A model generated the notes under the pieces. That model was not told where the DNA came from. It saw only the letters and a program-made list of their open reading frames with translations, and did no database searches. Shown here one piece after another: positions 18,378 to 27,010 of a DNA stretch of 28,968 bases; positions within the stretch are counted from its first letter, which is position 1, and the number at the start of each line of letters is the position of its first letter. Source of the DNA: a bacterium (GTDB taxonomy: Bacteria; Margulisbacteria; Marinamargulisbacteria; GCA-2716485; JAYNIM01); assembly GCA_038109055.1 (NCBI GenBank), contig JAYNIM010000009.1, forward strand, positions 37,651 to 66,618, read 5' to 3'. The position numbers were made by a program, and so were the translations under genes.

Positions 18378-21300
18378 ATGAGTGAGGCGCATAAAGAAAA
18401 TAATACTGTTAATGAAGGGGCAGCGAATCAAAATAAAAACCTTTCAATGTTCCTATCTAGTTTAGCGAAATATTTCAAAGATTTTTTAGAAACAGATTTC
18501 CATAATAAAACTAAATTACCAAAACGATACATACAATTCAGAGCCCCAAAAACCAACTTAATCACATGTATTAAACTTAATAAATATGAAAAGTTTAATT
18601 CCCTTATATGGAAATATGCACAAACGTCTTTTGTAAAAGAATCGATATCTATCAAAAAAAAGGCTTATGTTACGAAATTACCTAAACATTTATCAAGCTT
18701 AATCGATAACCATACCCATAACATTGAACAAAGCACACTTGATACGATCATCTCTGAAATCGCCTTTTCTATTGATTACAATACAAAAAAATACATTAAA
18801 GAATCTGACATTGCCTTAGATCAAACATTAGATACTGTAAAACTACTTTTAAAGAAGCATTTAGTCACACCTTTTGTCCAAAATATTGAAAGTCATTTAG
18901 AAAATAAAGCCTCTGCTAATATTGAAAGCCTTTATTTATTAGAAGAGGATCTTAGCAGTATATTTTTAGATCTTATAGATAATAAAGTTTGTGAAATTAT
19001 TAATCTTCTTTTAGCGAATACACCTGTTAATAATATTAAAGCACAGCTATCTACTGTTTTGGGGCTGACTGAAACAGTTACTATTATTAAACGTTTCTTT
19101 GATAATTTTGCTGCAAAAGATCTTTTTACTGAGTTATATGAGCTGTTCAATAATGAACGTTTACTAGATAAACAACAAATTTATTTATATTTGTGCGATA
19201 TAAAATTTGAAAATACTACCTACCCGTTATTCTATATACCTGTTGAATTGTTGCGGGAGCCTTCCGGATATTCACTTCAATTTGATTCTGTTTTGTATGT
19301 TAACAAAAAAGTGATTGATTATATTGTCCAACAATATAATCGTGCACATTCAAAAGCAGGCTCTCTCAAAAGTACCATTGATCGCATCATTTATTTAAAA
19401 CCTGAAACAAAAGAACATTTATTGGGCACTTTAGATGGTATTTTAAAAGAAGTATGTGATTATTTTGAACTTAAAAACTATTTACATATAGAAAGCTCCC
19501 ACAGCCAAACTACAGATAGCCTATTTGTTACTATTTCTAATACTTGCTACTTAAGTTTATTTGATAAATCGGATGAAGCCCTCATCAACGATTATGAACA
19601 AATCGAAGAAAGTTTACAGAGTAATGATAGTGATTTAATTGACTCCTTTACAACACTTATTGATTCTTTTATACACAAAGAACCTAAGAGTGTTGTTTTA
19701 GATATTGAACAAAATTGGGAACAGACACCAATTACAGAGCGTTTAATAAGTAATCACCCCATTCCACTCAATGCCGAACAACGGCAAATACTTCAGGCTC
19801 TTGAAAAAAAAGAGTGCAAATATATTACTGTAGAAGGGCCCCCAGGAACAGGAAAATCACATACCATTACTGCAGTATTGTTCAATACAATACTGCAAGG
19901 AAAGTCTGTATTGGTCCTGTCTGACAAAAAAGAAGCCCTTGATGTTGTTGAAGATAAAATTTCAAAAACGATAAATAAAGTTAGACTTGATAAGAATTTT
20001 CAAAACCCAATACTACGCTTGGGTAAAGCAGGGAACAGCTATAACAAAATACTCACATCCAGTAGCATTAAAGATATAAAAATCTACCACAAAGCTTATC
20101 AAACAGAATCAGACAAACCCGATAACAACGAGGCAACACTTTTGAACTCTGCAAAAGAAGGACTCGCTGACCTTATTTCTGCCCACAATGATATTAAAAT
20201 AAAAGATTTGGAAGCGTACCACAATGCCGAATCAAAAATTAAAAATACCCCTGAATTACAAATAGATCTATCTGAACTTTACGATAAAAACAATTCTTCA
20301 TTGGACTTACGGAAAACACGTGACGCTCTAGCTGCGGTTGATACATACTGTCAAACATACAAAACCTTGCTTAAACTATTCACCCATTTATACCAAAAAA
20401 AACCTACTATTAACGATTTTTTAAACTTTACCTCACTATTAGAAATAATCAATACTTCTGTAGAAAAGCATCCCAATATTCAACAATATTTAGAATTGTT
20501 TTCAGAATTTAACGAAACCCATTTTACGGACCTGGAAGATTTTATCAACCAAGCATTAGACATTAAATCACAATGGCTCAGTGTTATTTTTCAACACAAA
20601 AAAATAAAAATACTTAATAATGACTTACGAAAGGCATTAAAGTTTCGAACATTTACAGTCCCATATAAAAAACTTACTGAGTTGCAAGATATTTTTTATT
20701 TCTTCACTGATTTAAATGAACAGATCGCCCATAAAAAAATGACAGATGGGTTTACGTTTCCCTCAGACCCTTTAAAGTTTGCGCATCATTGGTCAACTAC
20801 TCAAACTCTTGCTATTAAAAATTCTGATATTTTGATGTTAAGATCTAACTTATTATCCATAACTAATTTTATCAAACACTATCCCAATATTAGCCTTTCA
20901 TTTGAACTTAACCTAGCCTTATTTGACAGTTTATTTAAAAACAAACTTACATTCCTTTCCACAGAAAAATTTGACACGCTCATCCAGTTCATTGATTTAA
21001 AACTAAAATTAGGAAATGCATTTTCTACTTTACCTAAATATGATTATCTTACTCATAAAAATATATTAGAAGCTCGCTCAACTGCCCGTATGACAAATGT
21101 ACTTGATCATAGGGTAATCACGTTTTATGAGAATAATAAGAACACGGTTAAATCATTAAAAGATGTTATAAAAAATAAGCAGCCTTTCCCAAAAAAAGAC
21201 TTCAAAAAATTAAAAGAGGCCTTTCCATGCATCCTTTCAGGCATACGCGACTTTGCTGAGTTCATCCCCCTGGAAGCAAATTTATTTGATTTAGTGATTA

Positions 21301-22646
21301 TTGATGAAGCCTCCCAGGTTAGTATAGCCCAAGCCTTTCCAGCACTACTTCGTGCTAAAAAAGTACTTGTACTTGGCGATATGAAACAATTTAGTAATAT
21401 TAAATCTGCACATGCTGGGTCAGAGACAAACAAAGCATACTTGAATAACCTAGAAACCGTTTTTCGGAAGCATATTTCTGAAGATGTGACTAAATTATCC
21501 CGTTTAAAAAAGTTTAATATTAAAACCTCCATTTTAGAATTCTGTGAACATATTTCCAATTATCACACAATGTTGTTAAAACATTTTAGAGGTTATAAAG
21601 AGCTCATATCTTATTCAAATCGTTATTTTTATAAAGATGCTTTGCAAGCTATTAAAGTTCGAGGGATCCCCATAGAGGATGTCATAAAATTCACATTAAT
21701 AGAACACGATGGTAAAATTGAGCCCCTAAATAATACTAATAGTCTAGAAATAGACTATATTATCTCTTTATTACTTGAACTATCTAAAGAAAAAAAACCA
21801 ACAAGTGTTGGTATTATAACACCCCATACTAATCAGCAAAAAAGATTAGTTGACGCTATTTCTAAATTAGAAGATAAGGATGATCTATTCACGCTTTTAA
21901 ATTTAAAAATCATGACCTTTGATACCTGCCAAGGTGAAGAAAGAGACATTATTATTTACTCGATGGTTGCCTCCCCTGTTGAAGATAGCCTTCGATGGAT
22001 TTTCATCAAAGACATTGATTCCGTTGATGTAGAGTCAGATGCACAAATTAAAGCACAACGCCTAAATGTAGGGTTTAGCAGAGCTAAAGAATGCATGCAT
22101 TTTGTATGTAGCAAACCTTTAAGTGACTATACAGGTTCAATAGGAGAAGCCTTAAGGTATTACCAAGCCCAATTAACTGAAGCAAAGCAATTCCCTGCGC
22201 CAAATGACGTTGATCCAAAATCACCAATGGAAAAAAAAGTTTTAGATTGGATTCAACAAACACCTTTCTTCAAAAAAAATAAGCAAAACATTCATCTTCA
22301 CGCACAATTTCCTTTAGGAAAATATTTAAAACAACTAACCCCATTCTATCATCACCCAAACTATCTTGTTGATTTTTTACTTACTTACAAGGAAACTAAT
22401 CAACAAGCATATAAGATTATTATTGAATATGATGGGTTTGAATCCCATTTTAAAACACACGAAGCTATTAACGTCTCTAATTATGAATCTTATTATACCC
22501 AAGAACATATTGAGAGAGAAAAAATATTAGAAAGCTATGGAAATGTATTCTTACGAATTAATAAATTTAATATTGGAAAAGACCCTATTATGACCTTACA
22601 TAATCGACTAGAAGAAATCATTAAAAAAAAAACTTTAAAGACATAG
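18378..22646 (+). CDS. Superfamily 1 (DNA2/NAM7, AAA_11/AAA_12) helicase with C-terminal Vsr/restriction-like nuclease domain
   Basis: GPPGTGKS, IIDEASQ, LGDMKQ, HFR, TFDTCQGEE, RLNVGFSRA; C-terminal SPME...AQFP...VDF...IEYDG..H. Confidence 0.9.
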   Translation: MSEAHKENNTVNEGAANQNKNLSMFLSSLAKYFKDFLETDFHNKTKLPKRYIQFRAPKTNLITCIKLNKYEKFNSLIWKYAQTSFVKESISIKKKAYVTKLPKHLSSLIDNHTHNIEQSTLDTIISEIAFSIDYNTKKYIKESDIALDQTLDTVKLLLKKHLVTPFVQNIESHLENKASANIESLYLLEEDLSSIFLDLIDNKVCEIINLLLANTPVNNIKAQLSTVLGLTETVTIIKRFFDNFAAKDLFTELYELFNNERLLDKQQIYLYLCDIKFENTTYPLFYIPVELLREPSGYSLQFDSVLYVNKKVIDYIVQQYNRAHSKAGSLKSTIDRIIYLKPETKEHLLGTLDGILKEVCDYFELKNYLHIESSHSQTTDSLFVTISNTCYLSLFDKSDEALINDYEQIEESLQSNDSDLIDSFTTLIDSFIHKEPKSVVLDIEQNWEQTPITERLISNHPIPLNAEQRQILQALEKKECKYITVEGPPGTGKSHTITAVLFNTILQGKSVLVLSDKKEALDVVEDKISKTINKVRLDKNFQNPILRLGKAGNSYNKILTSSSIKDIKIYHKAYQTESDKPDNNEATLLNSAKEGLADLISAHNDIKIKDLEAYHNAESKIKNTPELQIDLSELYDKNNSSLDLRKTRDALAAVDTYCQTYKTLLKLFTHLYQKKPTINDFLNFTSLLEIINTSVEKHPNIQQYLELFSEFNETHFTDLEDFINQALDIKSQWLSVIFQHKKIKILNNDLRKALKFRTFTVPYKKLTELQDIFYFFTDLNEQIAHKKMTDGFTFPSDPLKFAHHWSTTQTLAIKNSDILMLRSNLLSITNFIKHYPNISLSFELNLALFDSLFKNKLTFLSTEKFDTLIQFIDLKLKLGNAFSTLPKYDYLTHKNILEARSTARMTNVLDHRVITFYENNKNTVKSLKDVIKNKQPFPKKDFKKLKEAFPCILSGIRDFAEFIPLEANLFDLVIIDEASQVSIAQAFPALLRAKKVLVLGDMKQFSNIKSAHAGSETNKAYLNNLETVFRKHISEDVTKLSRLKKFNIKTSILEFCEHISNYHTMLLKHFRGYKELISYSNRYFYKDALQAIKVRGIPIEDVIKFTLIEHDGKIEPLNNTNSLEIDYIISLLLELSKEKKPTSVGIITPHTNQQKRLVDAISKLEDKDDLFTLLNLKIMTFDTCQGEERDIIIYSMVASPVEDSLRWIFIKDIDSVDVESDAQIKAQRLNVGFSRAKECMHFVCSKPLSDYTGSIGEALRYYQAQLTEAKQFPAPNDVDPKSPMEKKVLDWIQQTPFFKKNKQNIHLHAQFPLGKYLKQLTPFYHHPNYLVDFLLTYKETNQQAYKIIIEYDGFESHFKTHEAINVSNYESYYTQEHIEREKILESYGNVFLRINKFNIGKDPIMTLHNRLEEIIKKKTLKT

Positions 22647-23113
22647 ACAGTATAGTTAGCTCCATACAAGAACAGGTTAAATCTATACAAAAAGGGCAAG
22701 TTAAAGAATGTATTGTATGCAAAAATCTTAAACCCACCTTAGACTTTTTTAATCCAAAGCTAAAATCACGTTATGGGCTAACTTGCAGAAAATGCAGGCT
22801 TAATAAAAAGAATAAAAAACCACAATTTTTGTATAAAACAAAGATTACAACAACACGCAAATGCCAAAAATGCTTGCAGGTAAAGGATCAATGTGAGTTT
22901 AAAGATATCCTTTTAAAAAGTGGCTTCAGTCACTACTGTCGTGACTGTCGGCCATTAAGGGTCCAGACAGACTTGGGGTTAGCTCCAAAACATGTAACTT
23001 GCCCACGTTGTAAAGGGAACATGCGAATAAAAGCCCGGAAAAAGGATGGCAATCGGTTTTATGGCTGTGCTCGATTTCCAGATTGTAGAGGGACGAGAGA
23101 GATTTATTTATAG
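22625..23113 (+). CDS. Triple zinc-ribbon module (two C4 repeats + topoisomerase-type zf-C4); -1-frame continuation of the helicase
   Basis: Frame is open from the A10 run: CIVC-x21-CRKC, CQKC-x21-CRDC, CPRC...FYGCARFPDC. The ORF track catches only 22829 onward. Confidence 0.8.
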   Translation, partial: KKNFKDIDSIVSSIQEQVKSIQKGQVKECIVCKNLKPTLDFFNPKLKSRYGLTCRKCRLNKKNKKPQFLYKTKITTTRKCQKCLQVKDQCEFKDILLKSGFSHYCRDCRPLRVQTDLGLAPKHVTCPRCKGNMRIKARKKDGNRFYGCARFPDCRGTREIYL

Positions 23114-23220
23114 CGAGATTCAGTAAAATTAGTTTTAATTTTTTTCGTTATACGTTAAATTAGTTTATTAATCTATCCCTCATATAAAATCAGAAAAATC
23201 TTTAAATTTAATTAGATAAA

Positions 23221-23577
23221 ATGACACATCCGATTGACTTCAATAAAATTGAAGAAGAAATATTTATTATTCAGAATTTTTGTCACGCTAGTGAAACTTT
23301 TGGTGCAATCCTTAAAAAAAAAACTGAAAGAAATACAATAAATAACCAAGAATTCATAAGTAACTGGGAAAGAACTTATTATTTTGAATGGTTAAAGGGC
23401 TTGTTAAGTGAAAAACTTTTTTATATTTCGACTAAAATTAGAACTATATTTGATATTATCTTAAATGCAGAGAAGTGTGGGGACCCAGATGAGTGGTGGC
23501 CTAATTTAGATGAGAACAAAACAGTTATTGAGAGCAACGTAAACACGCAATTGGCTTCTAGCATGTCTACGCATTAG
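23221..23577 (+). CDS. Hypothetical protein, possibly 3'-truncated
   Basis: 118-aa ATG-initiated ORF; no motif recognised. Confidence 0.5.
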   Translation: MTHPIDFNKIEEEIFIIQNFCHASETFGAILKKKTERNTINNQEFISNWERTYYFEWLKGLLSEKLFYISTKIRTIFDIILNAEKCGDPDEWWPNLDENKTVIESNVNTQLASSMSTH

Positions 23578-23659
23578 TGTTTTGTCACGTTAACTATAAA
23601 ATTATGTTCTAAGAAAGAAGTCAGAAAACAGGCTTTGTGGCTTGTTTTGGTTAAAAAAT

Positions 23660-23685
23660 GTTTAAACCCCAGAAAATATGGGTAT
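23660..23685 (+). promoter_or_regulatory. Putative sigmaB/SigF-like promoter GTTTA-N15-GGGTAT
   Basis: GTTTAaaccccagaaaatatGGGTAT, 32 nt before the ATG at 23718. Confidence 0.6.
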
Positions 23686-23717
23686 AGCCAAACATAGGAA
23701 TAAAAAAGGGGGATATT

Positions 23718-24464
23718 ATGCAAGGAGCAGGAGGCGCATCACATCAAAGGATGACAGTTGGCGGGAGATCACAGGCAGGAGGAGCAGCTAGAGCTTCAGC
23801 AGCACCACAAGCCGCCACTACCAAAGAGCAACAAAATGCAACAATACAAGATATTATCAGAACTAATTTACAAGGTAAATCAAATAAACAACTTTTAGAT
23901 TTGTTAGAATATTCAATTGGAGGAAGGCACCATTTCGAAGACACCGAAACACTTCATGACCAAATATCTAGGCAAGGTTTTTCGCCTCACCGAGCAATAG
24001 AGGCATTTCCTCTCAAAGATACGCCTAGGTTCAAGCCAAATCTTATGACAGCAATTTGTAAGGCATTAGACGAAAAAAGAACTGGAACTCCCTACATGCA
24101 CATACTATCCCAGACTACCTTAGGTCTTCAAGAAAATGGCAGTGACCACACCCTAGATAGCGCCGCGTATGATCAAGCTAAAACTTTATTCAGAGAATCA
24201 AAAACCCCACTAATAAACCAGGAAGAAGTCATATCTCATCTTACCGGTGGGGAAATTAATCCTATAGACATGAGAGACGGCAGCACGTTTTATGGATGTG
24301 CAGAGCAGGACACTGCGCAGGACTTTTCTCAGGCTTTATATGACATTGGTATCAAAGGCGGCGAAGGTGGTCTAAAATACGTTAGCCAACATGTTGAAGG
24401 ACTCGAATTGTACGGGGTTCTATTAACTCCAGCTCAGAAAGTGAGGCTTACCACCCTGCAGTGA
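23718..24464 (+). CDS. Orphan protein with Gly/Ala/Ser-rich N-terminus
   Basis: 248-aa ORF; RBS AAAAAAGGGGG. Confidence 0.8.
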   Translation: MQGAGGASHQRMTVGGRSQAGGAARASAAPQAATTKEQQNATIQDIIRTNLQGKSNKQLLDLLEYSIGGRHHFEDTETLHDQISRQGFSPHRAIEAFPLKDTPRFKPNLMTAICKALDEKRTGTPYMHILSQTTLGLQENGSDHTLDSAAYDQAKTLFRESKTPLINQEEVISHLTGGEINPIDMRDGSTFYGCAEQDTAQDFSQALYDIGIKGGEGGLKYVSQHVEGLELYGVLLTPAQKVRLTTLQ

Positions 24465-24497
24465 TAATATCCAGCCACAAAGAACAAATTTTTTAAT

Positions 24498-25448
24498 AGT
24501 AGAATCCACCCTCTAACAAAGGGAGGGGGTTCTACTTTTTTTAGGTATTTTAAGTAAGATTAAATAAAAAAAGTTTCAGGCTGAAAGTTTTAAGTTTAAG
24601 TCTTCTTTGTTTTGATTCTTGAAATGAGACAGGTTTACGCACCTTTTTTATTGTTATTAAATCTATCTTTAAGGTTAGAGTTGGACAATATTCTATAACA
24701 TTTATAGAAAATGATCCCTCTATAAAAGATAAAAAGACTGTTAAATCAAGGGTGTTTTCTGTATTAAAATATATGGGAGTATTAATAGTGGGTTTGTTAT
24801 TAATAGCAATCGTATTTTTAATCCCAAGAATTAGCTTAATTAAATAAAAACACAAAATAGAATTCGCCTCTTAACAAAAGGCGCAAGATATAAAAAAATT
24901 GTTAGTTAGGAAGGTAGCCCATTCGTTTAGCGTCGCCTACCATAGAGCCACATTTATCATGCAATACAAAATCAAGAGTTAGCGTATGCGTCCCTATACG
25001 AGATTCAATATAATGTAGTTTATTAGTTTTTCTATTTATTTGATAAACATTTACTACACTATATCCACGAGTATCAGGCCTTGTACCACGGCCTATACCA
25101 ACAAGTGTAGAATCATTTAACTTAATAAATTCAAGATCACTATTTGATACGGAACCACCTTTTTCTGTAAACACAACCACAAACTCTTTAACAGCTGAAG
25201 CATCCTTAATGTACTTGTAGTTCGGTGCATAAGCAGTGTATCCCTTTATATTAGATATAACCCAATGTTCGTCTGCAAACAATAAATTAAATACGGGTAA
25301 AAACACCCCTATTAAAATAATAGTTACCAATACTTTTTTCATAAACTTCTCCTCTCCCTAATTTTTATAATAAGGTTTACGTATATAATCTCAAAAAATC
25401 TCACAAAATAGAATCCACCCTCTAACAAAGGACGGGCATTCTACTTTT
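24498..25448. repeat. Three dispersed related hairpins (24498-24536, 24851-24883, 25402-25448)
   Basis: TAGAATCCACCCTCTAACAAAGG is identical at 24500 and 25409; CACAAAATAGAAT at 24851 and 25402. Confidence 0.8.
24902..25342 (-). CDS. Exported hypothetical protein
   Basis: MKK + hydrophobic stretch + LFA signal peptide; RBS GAGGAG. Confidence 0.8.
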   Translation of the reverse strand: MKKVLVTIILIGVFLPVFNLLFADEHWVISNIKGYTAYAPNYKYIKDASAVKEFVVVFTEKGGSVSNSDLEFIKLNDSTLVGIGRGTRPDTRGYSVVNVYQINRKTNKLHYIESRIGTHTLTLDFVLHDKCGSMVGDAKRMGYLPN

Positions 25449-25530
25449 ACCTAGCCTTATCCTTACGGTCCAGAGCAATGAACAAACTCGCTGCACCATC
25501 TGTTAGATGTAGGTCTATAAACAAAGATAT

Positions 25531-25645
25531 TCCGCCACCACCGACAGCACATTCCCACTTTCTTTTTAAAAAACCGCTACCCTACCTTTAAGTAGCTTTC
25601 TTCTGTCAAAAAATAGGTTCTAACCTTGTCTCTTAAGCCCCGCCA
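25531..25645. repeat. Conserved cassette right arm (attP-derived arm), copy 2
   Basis: 25599-25645 is identical to 13046-13092; TCCGCCACCACCG block shared. Confidence 0.93.
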
Positions 25646-25777
25646 TTTTTCCTCATGTACAATTTTCGCTTCAGTCGATATCTGCCCCTGTGCTAAGCAT
25701 CTCCGCACATGCTTGACTCAGCCTTAGGGGCTGCGCATGTTTGGGTCGCAGCTGAGCTGCTCAAAACTGAACAAATA

Positions 25778-27010
25778 TTAGTTATTATAGCCTCGTTTTT
25801 TAAATTCCAATGTTTTTTTGTAAAGTGACTGATTTCCTATGCCAATTAAGGCGGCCATCATGATGAAACTGGTAAGCAAAATTACGAGAAAAACCATCAA
25901 TGGTTTTACATTGGCATGTTGCAGTGTCTCTGGAATGGATAAAAACAAAAGTACCGTAATCAAGCCCCTTGGTGCAATAAACAATTCAGGAAAGAACCTG
26001 CCTGCATGAAACAGCTTTAAGTTAAAAAATCGAATTAAAAACAAGATGCTTACAACTGATAGACTAATTAAATACACAGACTTATCTTGAACATTCGTTA
26101 ACTCAATAGACATGCCAAAAACCGTAAAAAATACCGTTCTCAACAAAAATGATATTTCACTGATCATATACTTAAAGCGTTCCAGCACCAATTGAAAATC
26201 GTCTAAACTCCCTATCCAGGAAAATACTGGGTGCAATAAAGACTGACGATTATTCAAAAGCAATCCGAACAATAAGATGGTAATTAGCGGAGAAAAATGG
26301 ATCAATTCTCCAAATGCATAAATACCTATTAAAATTGCTACTATCAAAAAAACACGTCCATGTAATTGAAGGCGTTGATACACATATAAAACCAAAAGAC
26401 AAAGAAGAAAAGAAAGCAAAATAGATAGCAGTAATTTCAAAAATGAACCGATAACAACCATGTGAATGGCATCAGCGGCGTTCAGCCGAATAACCGTATA
26501 AAAAAGGACAATCCCAATGACATCCGAAAAAGCCGATTCCAGCACTAAAAATGTTCGTATTCGTTTTGATAAGTGACTAATACTGGGAATAACAATGGCA
26601 CTACTCATAATTGAAAGCGGTATTGCGTATGCAATTGATGAATGAATCGGTACATTTAAAAAAAGATACAGTACACCTGCAATACAGGATGTTGTTAATA
26701 CGATTAATACCAAAGATGATATGAAAACCTTGAAGACCAATTTATACGTACTGCGTTGGATCTGAATATCTAATGCCGCTTCAAGAACTATTAATACGAT
26801 GCCCGCCATTCCCAAAATTTCCAACCATGGAGAAAAGCTTGCTATTCTGGCATTAACAAGGTTCAAAAAATGGGTGATACCCATCCCAGTTCCGATTAAG
26901 AGCAGCACACTGGGTATATAGAACTGTTTGGCAATTAAGCTATAGCAATAAGATAGAACCGTTAAAACTGAAAATCCAATGAGGATCCAGTTAGGATCTA
27001 ATCGAACCAT
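25778..27010 (-). CDS. Cation/proton antiporter (CPA family)
   Basis: Many transmembrane segments; SSAIVIPS, ESAFSDVIG, APRGLITVLLF. Confidence 0.85.
   Translation of the reverse strand: MVRLDPNWILIGFSVLTVLSYCYSLIAKQFYIPSVLLLIGTGMGITHFLNLVNARIASFSPWLEILGMAGIVLIVLEAALDIQIQRSTYKLVFKVFISSLVLIVLTTSCIAGVLYLFLNVPIHSSIAYAIPLSIMSSAIVIPSISHLSKRIRTFLVLESAFSDVIGIVLFYTVIRLNAADAIHMVVIGSFLKLLLSILLSFLLCLLVLYVYQRLQLHGRVFLIVAILIGIYAFGELIHFSPLITILLFGLLLNNRQSLLHPVFSWIGSLDDFQLVLERFKYMISEISFLLRTVFFTVFGMSIELTNVQDKSVYLISLSVVSILFLIRFFNLKLFHAGRFFPELFIAPRGLITVLLFLSIPETLQHANVKPLMVFLVILLTSFIMMAALIGIGNQSLYKKTLEFKKRGYNN

Larger units (their letters stand above)
13303..25645. mobile_element. Cassette 2: ~12.3-kb genomic island without an intact integrase
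   Basis: Flanked by the 14-bp direct repeat CCCCGCCATTTTTC (13295-13308, 25638-25651); AT-rich orphan and defence-like cargo; shared right arm. Confidence 0.85.

Noticed and set aside
24550..24855. 101-aa minus-strand ORF
   Set aside because: TTG start inside a hairpin, no RBS, antisense-like composition. A short hydrophobic plus-strand ORF (24773-24847) is equally plausible; neither is supportable.
24498..25448. Integron attC sites (TAAC...GTT boxes)
   Set aside because: Too short for canonical attC, the R'/R'' boxes are not consistently paired, and there is no integron integrase.
25700..25762. Small GC-rich hairpins after the last core as a further element
   Set aside because: No repeat or tRNA core is associated; may simply terminate the convergent antiporter operon.
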